Assembly: GCA_002436005.1 (NCBI GenBank)
Contig: DIXG01000100.1
Coordinates: 23,279-87,278, forward strand
Reading direction: 5' to 3'
DNA length: 64,000 nt
Source: Anaerolineaceae bacterium UBA6086
GTDB taxonomy: Bacteria; Chloroflexota; Anaerolineae; Anaerolineales; Anaerolineaceae
A program made the translations under genes and the position numbers. Under the pieces are notes generated by a model. The model worked only from the letters and a program-made list of their open reading frames with translations. It did not search any database and was not told where the DNA came from. Position 1 is the first letter of the stretch; the number at the start of each line of letters is the position of its first letter. Below are positions 30,853 to 41,370 of the stretch, in pieces.

Positions 30853-32544
30853 TTGCCGAGCGAGAACAAATACACCATTGGCATCGATTTTGGCACCGAA
30901 TCCGTACGAGCAGTTCTGGTTAATGTCAGCACAGGTGCTTTGATTGCATCATCCGTCTACCAGTATGCCCATGGCGTGATCTCAAAATTTCTACCTGATT
31001 CGGATATTGAACTTGATCCGGATTGGGCGCTTCAACACCCCCAGGATTATCTTACCGGTCTGAAGCGCACGATTCCAAAAATCATGAAGGAGAGTCAGGT
31101 CGACCCTGATGATGTAATTGGCATCGGCATCGACTTCACAGGTTCAACGGTACTGCCCACGACGGACGATGGAACACCCTTGGCTTTACTGGACGAGTAC
31201 CGCACAGACCCCCATGCATGGCCTAAACTGTGGAAGCACCATGCCGCCCAGGAGAAAGCAAACCAAATCACTCAATTGGCATCGGACCGGTTTGAACCGT
31301 TCCTGGATCGCTATGGCGGACGCATCAATGCTGAATGGTTCTTCCCAAAAGTATGGGAGATCTATGATGAATCTTCTTCTGTCTACAATGCTGCAGACCG
31401 GATCATTGAGGCTGCTGATTGGATTGTTTGGCAGCTGACCGGCGTTGAGACTCGTAATTTATGCGCTGCGGGTTACAAAGCACTCTGGTCAAAGCAAGAA
31501 GGTTTTCCTCTTGAGACATTCTTTTCTTCAATGGATGAGGGTTTGACAAATGTGGTCGATGCCAAAATGAGACGCGATATCTCTCCTTTGGGGCAGCAAG
31601 CAGGGGAATTAACAGAAGAAGCGGCAAAATGGATGAAACTCAAGCCAGGCACGCCCGTCGCCACAGGTATCCTGGACGGACATGCAGCTGTCCCTGCAGC
31701 AACTGTCGCCGAACCCGGGAAAATGGCGTTAATCCTCGGAACAAGTTTTGTTCATATGCTTTTGTCAAAGAAGGAGTTTCGAGTTCCTGGCATATGTGGC
31801 ATGGTTGAAGACGGTATTATCCCCGGTTTGATCGGATATGAAGCTGGCCAGGCAGGTGGCGGGGATCATTTTTCGTGGTTTATCAAAAACGCAGTGCCCT
31901 ACGAATATTACCAGGAAGCCAGAAAACGAAAAATCTCGCTATTCCGCCTGATGGAGGAAAAAGCTGCTTTATTAGCACCCGCAGAATCTGGTCTGGTTGC
32001 GCTCGACTGGTGGAATGGCAACCGCAGCATCCTTGCTGATGGCGACCTGAACGGTTTAGTGTTGGGATACACGCTGGCAACAAAACCTGAAGAAATTTAC
32101 CGAGCCTTGTTAGAAGCAACAACTTTTGGCACGCGGAAAATCTTTGAAACTTTCATCGCCAGCGGCGTGCCGATCGATGAAATTATTGTTACTGGCGGCG
32201 AACCTCTTAAAAATCGCCTTCTCCTCAACATCCTTGCCAACGTGACACGAATGGAAATAAAAATAGCAGACTTCCCTTATCCCTCAGCACTGGGTGCTTC
32301 TATCTACGCAGCTGTTGCAGCAGGTGAGAACCGCGGCGGTTATGCCTCTGTTCCTGAAGCCAGCAAAAAGATGGCTCACCTCAGCAAGAAAACAATTGCA
32401 CCCAATAATAACGACAAAAAAACATACAATCGTCTTTACTCTGAATACACACTTTTGCATGATTATTTTGGATACGGTCACAACAATGCGATGAAACGGT
32501 TAAAGAACGCACGAACAACAATCCTCGAGAAAAAACACCGATAA
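30853..32544 (+). CDS. araB: Ribulokinase (FGGY family)
   Basis: GIDFGTES, LWKHHAAQ, YEAGQ, DWWNGNRS; GAGGAG RBS. Confidence 0.88.
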   Translation: MPSENKYTIGIDFGTESVRAVLVNVSTGALIASSVYQYAHGVISKFLPDSDIELDPDWALQHPQDYLTGLKRTIPKIMKESQVDPDDVIGIGIDFTGSTVLPTTDDGTPLALLDEYRTDPHAWPKLWKHHAAQEKANQITQLASDRFEPFLDRYGGRINAEWFFPKVWEIYDESSSVYNAADRIIEAADWIVWQLTGVETRNLCAAGYKALWSKQEGFPLETFFSSMDEGLTNVVDAKMRRDISPLGQQAGELTEEAAKWMKLKPGTPVATGILDGHAAVPAATVAEPGKMALILGTSFVHMLLSKKEFRVPGICGMVEDGIIPGLIGYEAGQAGGGDHFSWFIKNAVPYEYYQEARKRKISLFRLMEEKAALLAPAESGLVALDWWNGNRSILADGDLNGLVLGYTLATKPEEIYRALLEATTFGTRKIFETFIASGVPIDEIIVTGGEPLKNRLLLNILANVTRMEIKIADFPYPSALGASIYAAVAAGENRGGYASVPEASKKMAHLSKKTIAPNNNDKKTYNRLYSEYTLLHDYFGYGHNNAMKRLKNARTTILEKKHR

Positions 32545-32563
32545 ATAAGGCTCATCAGTTCAT

Positions 32564-32604
32564 AAAAAGCCCCGATCTGTTCAATTAAGATGGGGCTTTT
32601 CTTT
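32564..32604 (+). terminator. Intrinsic terminator
   Basis: AAAAGCCCC...GGGGCTTTT followed by CTTT. Confidence 0.7.
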
Positions 32605-32740
32605 GTCTGACCCAGGATAATCCAGTTACGGTTATCAATTCATTGAATTTCGTGGTTTTTACCATCCTTTTTCCTTCCCAAAATCGAAACAGTGGTAAAA
32701 TGTCCTCACAATACTTGATTAGATAGGAGGAACATAAATT

Positions 32741-33853
32741 ATGGCAAGCGTTACGTATAAAAATGTTTGGAAAAAATTTGGGGATGTCGTCGCTCTCAAT
32801 GATATGTCCATTGAGGTTGAGGACAAAGAATTTCTTGTGCTGGTAGGTCCCTCAGGCTGCGGAAAGACAACCGCTCTGCGTTGTCTGGCTGGCCTGGAGG
32901 AAGTCTCAGATGGACAGATCATGATTGGTGACGAAGTCGTCAACGACATCCCACCAAAGGATCGGGATATCGCAATGGTCTTCCAGAGTTATGCGCTTTA
33001 TCCGCATATGTCCGTCTATGACAATATGGCGTTTGGGCTGAAATTGCGAAAATTCCCGAAAGACGAGATCAATAGCCGTGTGGAAGCGGCAGCTGAAATC
33101 CTGGACATTCACCAGTTGCTGCAACGAAAGCCCAAAGAGCTCTCGGGCGGTCAGCGTCAGCGCGTTGCTGTCGGCCGGGCAATCGTCCGTGAGCCGAAAG
33201 TGTTCCTCTTTGACGAACCGCTTTCCAACCTGGATGCAAAATTAAGAGTGCAGACTCGGGCTCAGATCAGCAAACTGCACCAACGATTGCAAACAACCTT
33301 TATCTATGTAACCCACGACCAGACGGAAGCCATGACGATGGCAACCCGTATAGCAGTATTAAATTATGGCGTTCTGCAGCAAATCGATACGCCCCAGCAG
33401 CTTTATGATTTCCCTGCGAATATGTTTGTTGCCGGCTTCATTGGCTCGCCTTCCATGAACTTTTTTGACGGAACGATCGTCGCAGAAAATGATGAGCTGT
33501 TTGTTGACTTAGCGAGTTTCAAGATCAAGGTGCCTGCAAGCCGTAAAGAAATCTATGGACACCTTGTGGACCAGAAGGTGGTCCTGGGCATCCGACCGGA
33601 AGACATTCACAACCCGGAATTTGCACCGCCATCGATCATTTCGGAATCAGTTGCAGCGATGGTGGATGTTAGCGAGTTGATGGGTAACGAAATCCTGCTA
33701 TACCTGGTGAATGGTGACCACAATTTCATTGCTCGAGTGGACCCCAGAACCAGGGTTGAAATGGGACAGCAGATCACAGTTGCCTTCAACGTGGACAATA
33801 TGCATATTTTCGATCCTTCAGTTGATCCAAAGAATCCCGTCGTAGTACGTTAG
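32741..33853 (+). CDS. Sugar ABC transporter ATP-binding subunit (MsmX/MalK/UgpC family)
   Basis: GPSGCGKT, FQSYALYPHM, LSGGQRQR, TOBE C-terminus; no adjacent permeases. Confidence 0.93.
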   Translation: MASVTYKNVWKKFGDVVALNDMSIEVEDKEFLVLVGPSGCGKTTALRCLAGLEEVSDGQIMIGDEVVNDIPPKDRDIAMVFQSYALYPHMSVYDNMAFGLKLRKFPKDEINSRVEAAAEILDIHQLLQRKPKELSGGQRQRVAVGRAIVREPKVFLFDEPLSNLDAKLRVQTRAQISKLHQRLQTTFIYVTHDQTEAMTMATRIAVLNYGVLQQIDTPQQLYDFPANMFVAGFIGSPSMNFFDGTIVAENDELFVDLASFKIKVPASRKEIYGHLVDQKVVLGIRPEDIHNPEFAPPSIISESVAAMVDVSELMGNEILLYLVNGDHNFIARVDPRTRVEMGQQITVAFNVDNMHIFDPSVDPKNPVVVR

Positions 33854-33866
33854 AGAAACAGAAACT

Positions 33867-33903
33867 AACACGGGCTGCTAATCCAAGCAGCCCGTTGTTT
33901 TTT
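33867..33903 (+). terminator. Intrinsic terminator
   Basis: CGGGCTGCT...AGCAGCCCG followed by T-rich tail. Confidence 0.8.
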
Positions 33904-33925
33904 AACTGCAGAGAAGGCAGAAAAA

Positions 33926-34594
33926 TTACTCTCTCAATTTTTTGCCCAGGATAAGGACACTGCCACCCAGAACCAGGCTCAGGCATCCGACGAAAATAAA
34001 GGCATCCTGCCAAAAGCGCATTGGAAAAAGCCGAATGAGAGTATCCGACATGTAAAACTGCCAGGTACCGGATTCAAAAAAGAGTTTGTGAAACCAGGTG
34101 AATAAGTTGTCAAAGCTGATTGCAACGAAAAGAAGAATCGTGACAATCAATCCAATCAGCGCCCATCCCCCGCGCATAAGCGCAGTCAACAAAATGTCTT
34201 TCCTGCTGCTTTTTATACAGAGAACAGCAAACAATGCCACCAACACAAGGCTAACAGCCATGCCAATCCGCATACCGGTGACAACAGCCTTCACATCTTC
34301 CATGTGACTGAGCTCGCTTGCGTTGTAAATCGGTGTTCCATCCTCAAATTTCAACGCTTCGAGGTAGTCTATACTTTCAAAATTAACCAGGTACTTGATA
34401 GATGGCGCTGACCATTTCAAGCGGTCCTGCAAAGAAAAGCCATAAGTATCCCTTGGAAAGCCAGGCATACGATATTCAACTTTCGCAAAAAGAGGCGAGA
34501 TCGTCAACCGAACTGCAATCATGAGTATAAGCAAAGGCAGCAGAAGCGTGACCGCCCACCCCAAACGCTTTAATGTCTTATCACTGAGTTTCAT
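33926..34594 (-). CDS. TIGR01906/DUF1461 family membrane protein
   Basis: ELSHMEDVK, F..LF..FH.LFF, W.F...DTLIRLFP..FW. Confidence 0.85.
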   Translation of the reverse strand: MKLSDKTLKRLGWAVTLLLPLLILMIAVRLTISPLFAKVEYRMPGFPRDTYGFSLQDRLKWSAPSIKYLVNFESIDYLEALKFEDGTPIYNASELSHMEDVKAVVTGMRIGMAVSLVLVALFAVLCIKSSRKDILLTALMRGGWALIGLIVTILLFVAISFDNLFTWFHKLFFESGTWQFYMSDTLIRLFPMRFWQDAFIFVGCLSLVLGGSVLILGKKLRE

Positions 34595-36144
34595 TTCAAA
34601 TCTCCTACCCCGCCTGAAAGGACAAAATCGAGAACAATTTTGTTGGACACCCACTCAATCGGTGCAAGGTCATCCGTGTAAATTCGTGTTTTCTCAGGCG
34701 CAGGTTGGCGGTTGTTATAAGCCATTGCCATCGCCTCAAGTAATAGGGGATGAACATCAGTTTCTGCAAGCAGTAGATAATTATTCAAGAAATTATCCCA
34801 ACTCCCTGGTTGCTTCGTTGCAAACAGGATGCTGTTGAATGAATTAGGAAGATCCATCACAAATACTGTAGGGAAAATTGCTCCAATCGTTGTCCCGAGG
34901 TCATTCACCAATGCCCGGTCCAAAGGACTGCGCCCAATATTGATCACCAGGACACCGTCGTTTGTCAAATGGTCATATGCGATTTGAAAAAATTCGATTG
35001 TTGTCATGTGCCATGGAATATAGGGTGGTCTGTAGGCGTCAACGCTGATAATGTCATACCGATTCGGGCGATTTTCCAATCCCCAGCGTCCATCCTGAAC
35101 AAACACCGTCAAATTGGGCTGAGTCATCTCAAAAAAGCGCTGTCCCACCTCGACAATTTTAGGGTCTATTTCAAAGCCATCGATCTCAGGCTCATCATAG
35201 ACAAAATTCGCTTGCCTGGCAGTCGTGCCTGCAGCCAAACCTACAATCGCAATTTTTCCCACCGAGTCAATCGGATGAGGCGCAGGGTTAAAGAAAGGCG
35301 CGACCAGTGCCTGCGACCAGGGTCCAAAATAATTCAAAAGGGTCGGGTGGTAAACCGAATGCATGCCCTGACCATCGTTGAGACGCAGATAACGATAATC
35401 CCCCTGTTCAACAACCTGAATGTAATTATAAGCAGACTCTGCTTCGTAAATCATATTTTCAGTAGCTTTATCTACCCCCCTGGTTCCAAACACCCACAGA
35501 AGGATCAGCACCACAGGCATCCAGGCGTGCCGTAGCCATGGTTTCATTCCAACATAAACAAAAAAACCTATGCTCCCAATCAGCATTAATAAACTGCTGA
35601 AAAACAAAAAGGTGCGATAGGTGCCAATCAACGGCACCAACACCAAAACTGGCAAGAACGTACCCAAAAATGAGCCCAGAGTCGATATGGCTGATAACTT
35701 TCCTGCGGTTTTCCCGGCAGATTGGGCATCCTTCAAAGCTAACTTCAACGCAAATGGCGACACCATCCCAATCAATGTCACGGGAACAGCAAAAAGCAAA
35801 AGGATGGTAACAAACGCACCCGCAATCATTGGTACCTGCAATTGATCGAGGGCATTAGCTGTGACCCGCAAAATGGGTCTTGATACCATCGGTACCAACG
35901 CCACAGTCATGCTTGCCCACATCAGTATCCTGTAAAAAGCATGATATGTTGGGCACCGGTCCGCATATTTCCCGCCCAACCAATAGCCAAGCGTCAGGTA
36001 GATCAGGATCAGACCAATCACGCTCGCCCACACCAGATTGCTGCTGCCATACACATTTCCAATCAGGCGCGAAGCAGAAAGTTCAACAGCCAGTGCCGTC
36101 ATGCCTGAGAAGAAAACCGTAATATACAGGTAAACTTTTTTCAA
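34591..36144 (-). CDS. Fused membrane (MFS-like)/spermidine synthase domain protein
   Basis: About 7 TM helices, then GLAAGT, EIDP, DGR, VDAY, TDDLAP. Confidence 0.88.
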   Translation of the reverse strand: MKKVYLYITVFFSGMTALAVELSASRLIGNVYGSSNLVWASVIGLILIYLTLGYWLGGKYADRCPTYHAFYRILMWASMTVALVPMVSRPILRVTANALDQLQVPMIAGAFVTILLLFAVPVTLIGMVSPFALKLALKDAQSAGKTAGKLSAISTLGSFLGTFLPVLVLVPLIGTYRTFLFFSSLLMLIGSIGFFVYVGMKPWLRHAWMPVVLILLWVFGTRGVDKATENMIYEAESAYNYIQVVEQGDYRYLRLNDGQGMHSVYHPTLLNYFGPWSQALVAPFFNPAPHPIDSVGKIAIVGLAAGTTARQANFVYDEPEIDGFEIDPKIVEVGQRFFEMTQPNLTVFVQDGRWGLENRPNRYDIISVDAYRPPYIPWHMTTIEFFQIAYDHLTNDGVLVINIGRSPLDRALVNDLGTTIGAIFPTVFVMDLPNSFNSILFATKQPGSWDNFLNNYLLLAETDVHPLLLEAMAMAYNNRQPAPEKTRIYTDDLAPIEWVSNKIVLDFVLSGGVGDLK

Positions 36145-36445
36145 TCTTTACCTCCAGAGGATGTCAATACACAGGATTATAACGGAAATCACTCGTTGAG
36201 GGTTAAAGTCTTGTCACATGATGCTGGCACGCCTAATAACGGTTCTATAAACTTCTATGCCCATCCCTGGTAGTTTCACTGCCAGAGAAAACTATAGTAT
36301 CCCCTCAGAAGCCAGCAGACCCCTTATAAGCGGTTTATGTGTAAAAAACGCCCCCTAACACCTTGTGGCTAGTTTTTAACGATTGTGGGCATCCCTATCC
36401 AAATGCATTTGCAAGCACAATCACAGACTTCCAGGGTTAAAGGAT

Positions 36446-36469
36446 GAAGCCCGACTTCTGTCGGGCTTC
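36446..36469 (-). terminator. Hairpin downstream of tRNA-Gln
   Basis: GAAGCCCGAC-ttct-GTCGGGCTTC; no clear U-tail. Confidence 0.55.
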
Positions 36470-36474
36470 GCAGG

Positions 36475-36545
36475 CTGGGGGTGAAGGATTCGAACCTCCA
36501 TATACAGATTCAGAGTCTGCTGTCCTGCCGTTAGACGAACCCCCA
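36475..36545 (-). tRNA. tRNA-Gln (anticodon CUG); CCA not encoded
   Basis: Reverse complement TGGGGGTTCGTCTAACGGCAGGACAGCAGACTCTGAATCTGTATATGGAGGTTCGAATCCTTCACCCCCAG folds as a cloverleaf. Confidence 0.96.
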
Positions 36546-36694
36546 ATTTTGAACTGGGCATTATTTTACCAAAAAGAGCCAAAAGTATCAAGTGGAAGTT
36601 TTGAAAATTATTTTGCTTGTCGAGGAAGATTTGTGGGGATAATGCGGTATCCACATCACTTCTTCACATCATACGCCCCCACCCTGTTGACCTG

Positions 36695-37819
36695 TTAAGG
36701 TTGCTTGATCTGTTTACGATTGGGCGATCGCATGGCAACGCTTTCAACCATGCCAATTCCCAGCATCAGCGAAAGCAAAGAACTGCCGCCATAGCTTACA
36801 AAGGGCAAGGTTAACCCTGTGACCGGAATCACATTAATGTTGACGCCAATATTAACAATCGTTTGGAAGAAAATCAGGAAACCAAAGCCATAGGCGATCA
36901 GTGAACCAAAGGTATCTGAAGCATTTTGTGAAATCTTCATACATCGAAAAATCACCAACACGAGCAGACCAATCACGACCACTGACCCAACAAAGCCAAA
37001 TTCAGCAGCAAGCACAGAGAAGATGAAGTCTGTATGTCGCACCTTCAAGAACCTGAGCTGAACCTGGGTGGACTGGGTATACCCCTGTCCAAACCAGCCG
37101 CCAGTGCCAATTGTGATCAAAGCCTGGTCAACATTATATGTTTCTCCATAACGGGCGTTAGGGTCAGGGAAGAAAAAATTGGAGATGCGATCCAACTGAT
37201 AATCCTGAAGGAAGGCAAAACCTGTAGCAGCGCCAATCAGCACAACAACAAGCACAATCGCAATCGCAATCAGGATAAATCGAATCCTTATCCCCGTAAT
37301 CCAGAGCATTGCTGCCCAAATCACGAGCAAGACGATCGTTGTGCTCAAGTTTGGTTGCAGGAAGATCCAGATCACTAATCCACCCACCAGCAACGCACTC
37401 TGAAAAATGGTCTTTAAATCAAGTGCCTTCTTTTCATGATTGGCAAAGAAGTTTGCCAGTGCCAAGATGACGACAATTTTTGCCAGTTCAGCCGGCTGAA
37501 CCAAAATAGTACCAACTTCCAGCCACCTGACAGCGCCAAACCTCGCTTCAGCCGTGAAAACAAACAGCAAAAATGCAACCGTTACCAGGTACATGGGTTG
37601 AATCAGAGTGATCCAGTAGTTGTAATGGACTGCTGAAACCACAAAGAGAACACCCAGACTGATGATAAGAAAAGTCGTCTGCCTCTGGGGATGATCCACC
37701 AGTTCAATGTTGCCCGCAATCGAACTCCGGATAAGCGCGATACCAATAATTGAAAGAAGCAGTGCTGCACCGAACAACCAGAAGTCAAAATTTTGCCAGG
37801 CATTGCGTGAGTTTTGCAT
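36695..37819 (-). CDS. rodA: Rod shape-determining protein RodA (SEDS)
   Basis: QPAELAK, QPNLST, HTDFIFS, LPFVSYGGSS. Confidence 0.93.
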   Translation of the reverse strand: MQNSRNAWQNFDFWLFGAALLLSIIGIALIRSSIAGNIELVDHPQRQTTFLIISLGVLFVVSAVHYNYWITLIQPMYLVTVAFLLFVFTAEARFGAVRWLEVGTILVQPAELAKIVVILALANFFANHEKKALDLKTIFQSALLVGGLVIWIFLQPNLSTTIVLLVIWAAMLWITGIRIRFILIAIAIVLVVVLIGAATGFAFLQDYQLDRISNFFFPDPNARYGETYNVDQALITIGTGGWFGQGYTQSTQVQLRFLKVRHTDFIFSVLAAEFGFVGSVVVIGLLVLVIFRCMKISQNASDTFGSLIAYGFGFLIFFQTIVNIGVNINVIPVTGLTLPFVSYGGSSLLSLMLGIGMVESVAMRSPNRKQIKQP

Positions 37820-37869
37820 CAAGATAAAGCTTTTCTCTATTTTCCAGCCATCATCAATTGATTGGAGCT

Positions 37870-39957
37870 TTACGGGCTTTGAGCTGCATCAATAGACTTC
37901 AATTCAAAATAGGCATCGATCACCCGACGCACCACTGGCGCTGACAAGGTGGCACCTTCAGAACCGTTATAAAAGAAAGCAACCACTGCAATTTCAGCAT
38001 CGTCCCAAGGCGCATACCCCACATACCAGGCATGTGAAGGCCAGGCGCCAAATTCACATTTTCCTTGTGCTTGTGCCACGTTGTCACAATATTCTGCAGT
38101 GCCCGTTTTTCCAGCTGACTGGCTAGAATCGTTTCTGAACAGTTCTGCGTGGCGTGGAATCGTATACTCACTCGCTGTACCATCGGTAACGACCAGACGC
38201 ATCGCCTGGTTAGCGAGTTCAATCACCCAGGGCTCAACCGTTTTGGTTTCGCCTGAAGGGTTATTGCCGTTATAGACATTGATCACCGGGTCCTGGGTAA
38301 TATCCCATCGATAACTGGGTTCTAGCTGCTGAAGGATTGTGCCGTCCTTAGAGAGAACCCTGTCGATCAGAGTCACATCCATCAACTTCCCGCCATTGGC
38401 AATGGTCGAAATCGAGTTCAACACCTGGAGCGGGGTGGCGAGAACATACCCCTGACCAATTGCGGCAGTGTAGGTATCGCCTGTTGCCCAGTTTTCACCC
38501 AAATTGATGCGTTTCCAGGTAGGATCCGGGATCAACCCATCTGACTCACCGGGGAGCTCAATTCCTGTCACTGTTCCATATCCAATGGCTTTTGCATATT
38601 CGCTCATACGCCAAATCCCCAAACCTCCATCAGGAATTTCGTCCTCAAATCCACCGGCAACCTTATGCCAGTAAATATTGCAGGAATATGCCACACCCCA
38701 CTTGAAATTCACCATGCCATGGCCATTGCGGTCCCAACACACAAATTGCTGCGGTTTTCCGGGGTCATTCTCATAAAACCTCTGGATAACGGTAATTGTT
38801 CCCGGATCTTCAACCTCATACTCCGGCGTGACAACGCCCTCATTGAGCACACCCAGCGCCGAAGCCATCTTGAAGACAGATCCTGGCGGATGCTCTGCCG
38901 AGATGGCATGATTGAACAATGGCCGTTGTGGGTCGTTGCTCAACTGCTCATAATAATATCCAGGGATTATGCGTTCCATCCGATTATTTTCAAAATTTGG
39001 ATAGGAAACCAGCGCCAAAACCTCACCCGTTTTGGGACTCATAGCAATCACAACGCCATTATTGGTGATTGTGCGCCCCGCAGTAGTGTTCCAATATTCC
39101 ATCTCGCTGATCAATGCTTCCCGCGCAATTGCCTGAAGTCGAGTGTCAATCGTCAGGTAAACATCACTGCCCGGGGTCGGTTCAATCGGTTCAGCTAGAT
39201 TGCGGATGATTTCACCTGCCACATTCACTTCAACCGTGCGTGTACCGTTAATCCCAGCAAGTGTGTCATTCAGCGTCTGCTCAACACCCGCGTATCCAAC
39301 CTTGTCCCGGTTGGCAACAAATCCCAGGTTGACGTAATATTCCTCAAGCGCAGCAGGGATTGGTCCCAAAAATCCAATGATTTCTGAGGTTAACTCTCCA
39401 GTGGGGTACTGGCGTACAGCAGTGATTTCAACGTCAATACCTGGCCATTCCTCCCTGTTTTCCATCACAACCATGGCGACATCCTGGTCAACATTACATT
39501 TCAGCGGGGTTGCCTGGAACGGCCAGTTGGTTGTCGCAATATAAACAATTTCGCTGATCCCTAATTCATTGTAGCAAGGCGTGAAATTTCTCGCCGCTTC
39601 TTCATCGGTATCCCCGCTGCTGACCGGTATATCGATCAATTCCGAGAGTTCCCTGAAAATTTGCTGGGTATTACCCTCATCTGCCGGTAAGTATCCAGGG
39701 ATGACCACAACATTATAAGAGGGGACATTTTGCGCTAAAACTACCCCATTGCGATCATAAATTGTTCCGCGAATGGCAGGGTCGCTGATTATTCTCGTCC
39801 GGTTTTCATTCGCCTGATTGACAAAATTTGAACCACGCAAGATTTGGATATCAAACAAACGCAGGATGTAAAACGAAAAAATCGTCCCTATCAGGATAAA
39901 CAACACTAAGTAACGCCATCGATCAAATCTACTCTGTCTTTGGGGGAAAACACTCAT
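37870..39957 (-). CDS. mrdA: Penicillin-binding protein 2
   Basis: RGTIYDRNG, GSVFK (SxxK), SCN, GKTGT. Confidence 0.93.
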   Translation of the reverse strand: MSVFPQRQSRFDRWRYLVLFILIGTIFSFYILRLFDIQILRGSNFVNQANENRTRIISDPAIRGTIYDRNGVVLAQNVPSYNVVVIPGYLPADEGNTQQIFRELSELIDIPVSSGDTDEEAARNFTPCYNELGISEIVYIATTNWPFQATPLKCNVDQDVAMVVMENREEWPGIDVEITAVRQYPTGELTSEIIGFLGPIPAALEEYYVNLGFVANRDKVGYAGVEQTLNDTLAGINGTRTVEVNVAGEIIRNLAEPIEPTPGSDVYLTIDTRLQAIAREALISEMEYWNTTAGRTITNNGVVIAMSPKTGEVLALVSYPNFENNRMERIIPGYYYEQLSNDPQRPLFNHAISAEHPPGSVFKMASALGVLNEGVVTPEYEVEDPGTITVIQRFYENDPGKPQQFVCWDRNGHGMVNFKWGVAYSCNIYWHKVAGGFEDEIPDGGLGIWRMSEYAKAIGYGTVTGIELPGESDGLIPDPTWKRINLGENWATGDTYTAAIGQGYVLATPLQVLNSISTIANGGKLMDVTLIDRVLSKDGTILQQLEPSYRWDITQDPVINVYNGNNPSGETKTVEPWVIELANQAMRLVVTDGTASEYTIPRHAELFRNDSSQSAGKTGTAEYCDNVAQAQGKCEFGAWPSHAWYVGYAPWDDAEIAVVAFFYNGSEGATLSAPVVRRVIDAYFELKSIDAAQSP

Positions 39958-40454
39958 GCTTCCACCTCCAGCGGGTAAATTCGACTCACCAGTTCACTTG
40001 CAACAGCAAAAATTGGGAGTGCGAATATCAGATTTAACAAAACACTTGGCACAACAACCGAATCCAAACTTTCTAACCAGGAGATCGGCGAGCCACTAAC
40101 TTGCAACACAATGATATATACCGCCTGTTGAAAAAAAGTGCCAAGTAACGTCACTATGAACATCGCTAAGATCGGCACACGCCAAACACGTCTTTGCAAA
40201 AGTTTCGAGATCAACACAACACCCAGATAACCGATTAACGGTGCATAAAACGGCATGGCAGAAATCACACTGATGATCAGTCCAAACACACCCGTCCAAA
40301 GCCAGGCATTCTTTACATGTTCCTGCAACGACCAGGCAGCAATAAATAAAAGAACCAGGTCGGGACTTCCCGCGATCAAGTTAATCCTTGAGAAAACCGT
40401 CATTTGTAAAACGGTAAAGATTAACAATGCCAGCGCGCAAACGACATGGGACAT
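39954..40454 (-). CDS. mreD: Rod shape-determining protein MreD
   Basis: Hydrophobic, PDLVLL motif, between mreC and mrdA. Confidence 0.85.
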   Translation of the reverse strand: MSHVVCALALLIFTVLQMTVFSRINLIAGSPDLVLLFIAAWSLQEHVKNAWLWTGVFGLIISVISAMPFYAPLIGYLGVVLISKLLQRRVWRVPILAMFIVTLLGTFFQQAVYIIVLQVSGSPISWLESLDSVVVPSVLLNLIFALPIFAVASELVSRIYPLEVEA

Positions 40455-40458
40455 AGGT

Positions 40459-41298
40459 TTACTTCTCCGGAATCAGAGGAGAAACATCAACGGATTGAAA
40501 ATTGCTGATGACCAGGACAGCGTTAATAGCCGTGAAATCCACAATCGGTTGAACTGAAGCAGTCTGAAAAATGGCATTATCCCGTCTTTGGGTTGAAAGG
40601 ACCTGTCCGACAAAAATGTTTGGAGGATAATTCCCACCTAATCCAGAAGTTAACACCACATCACCCAGTTCAACCGTCTCATCAAGCGGAATCATATCCA
40701 AGAAGATATCGCCCGTGAGCGACCCCTGAAGCTGAACCTCAATCTCTGCTGATTTCAATCGAACATTAACCACTGACGTGGAATCGCTGATTAATTTTAC
40801 CCGGGCAGCACCTGCGATGACAGCATCTACCCTTCCGACCAACCCCTGTTGAGTGACGACAGGCATGCCATAACGGACGCCATCCTCTGTTCCTTTATCA
40901 ATCATGATATATTGCAGGAAAGGGCTGATCTCCCGTCCAATCACCGTAGCGGCAATGTAGTCATACTGGGGATTAGTTCGACCAAAATCAAGGAGCGCAA
41001 AACAAACCTGCGCTTCCCCTAACCTTTCTTCAAGCTCAATAAGCTGCGTTTGCAGCTGAGTTACCTGTGATTCCAGAAGCGCATTTTGCTGCCTGAGCTG
41101 GACAACATCGCTTGGGGTTGTCAGCAGGTCGCGCGCTGAAAGATATCGAACAGATAGCCACCTCTGCATGGAAATCAATGGGTTAAGCGTTAAATTAAAG
41201 ATTGGGGTCAAATACCCGCTCATGGCAAGGAACAACAGCCCACTAATAACCAATAAAAGAACAATCGTTTGAATATTTTTTCTGTTAAAGAATTTCAT
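40459..41298 (-). CDS. mreC: Rod shape-determining protein MreC
   Basis: TM plus coiled coil, IDKG..DG, GLVGRV, TSGLGG.YP. Confidence 0.93.
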   Translation of the reverse strand: MKFFNRKNIQTIVLLLVISGLLFLAMSGYLTPIFNLTLNPLISMQRWLSVRYLSARDLLTTPSDVVQLRQQNALLESQVTQLQTQLIELEERLGEAQVCFALLDFGRTNPQYDYIAATVIGREISPFLQYIMIDKGTEDGVRYGMPVVTQQGLVGRVDAVIAGAARVKLISDSTSVVNVRLKSAEIEVQLQGSLTGDIFLDMIPLDETVELGDVVLTSGLGGNYPPNIFVGQVLSTQRRDNAIFQTASVQPIVDFTAINAVLVISNFQSVDVSPLIPEK

Positions 41299-41370
41299 AA
41301 TTGACCGATCCCTGATTTCGCAACTGGATCGACTCTCTTGATGATCAGCATTTAGTAAAAGAAATAGAAT

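Noticed and set aside
34969..35535. 188-aa antisense ORF and similar long shadow ORFs (13488-13961, 38665-39198, 46258-46809, 60138-60674)
   Set aside because: They lie antisense to well-conserved genes and show no recognisable motifs
36145..36545. tRNA-Gln as an integration site for a genomic island
   Set aside because: No integrase, no duplicated tRNA 3' end noticed, and flanking genes are housekeeping-like
36421..36698. Short ORFs overlapping the tRNA
   Set aside because: Explained by the tRNA-Gln gene and its promoter
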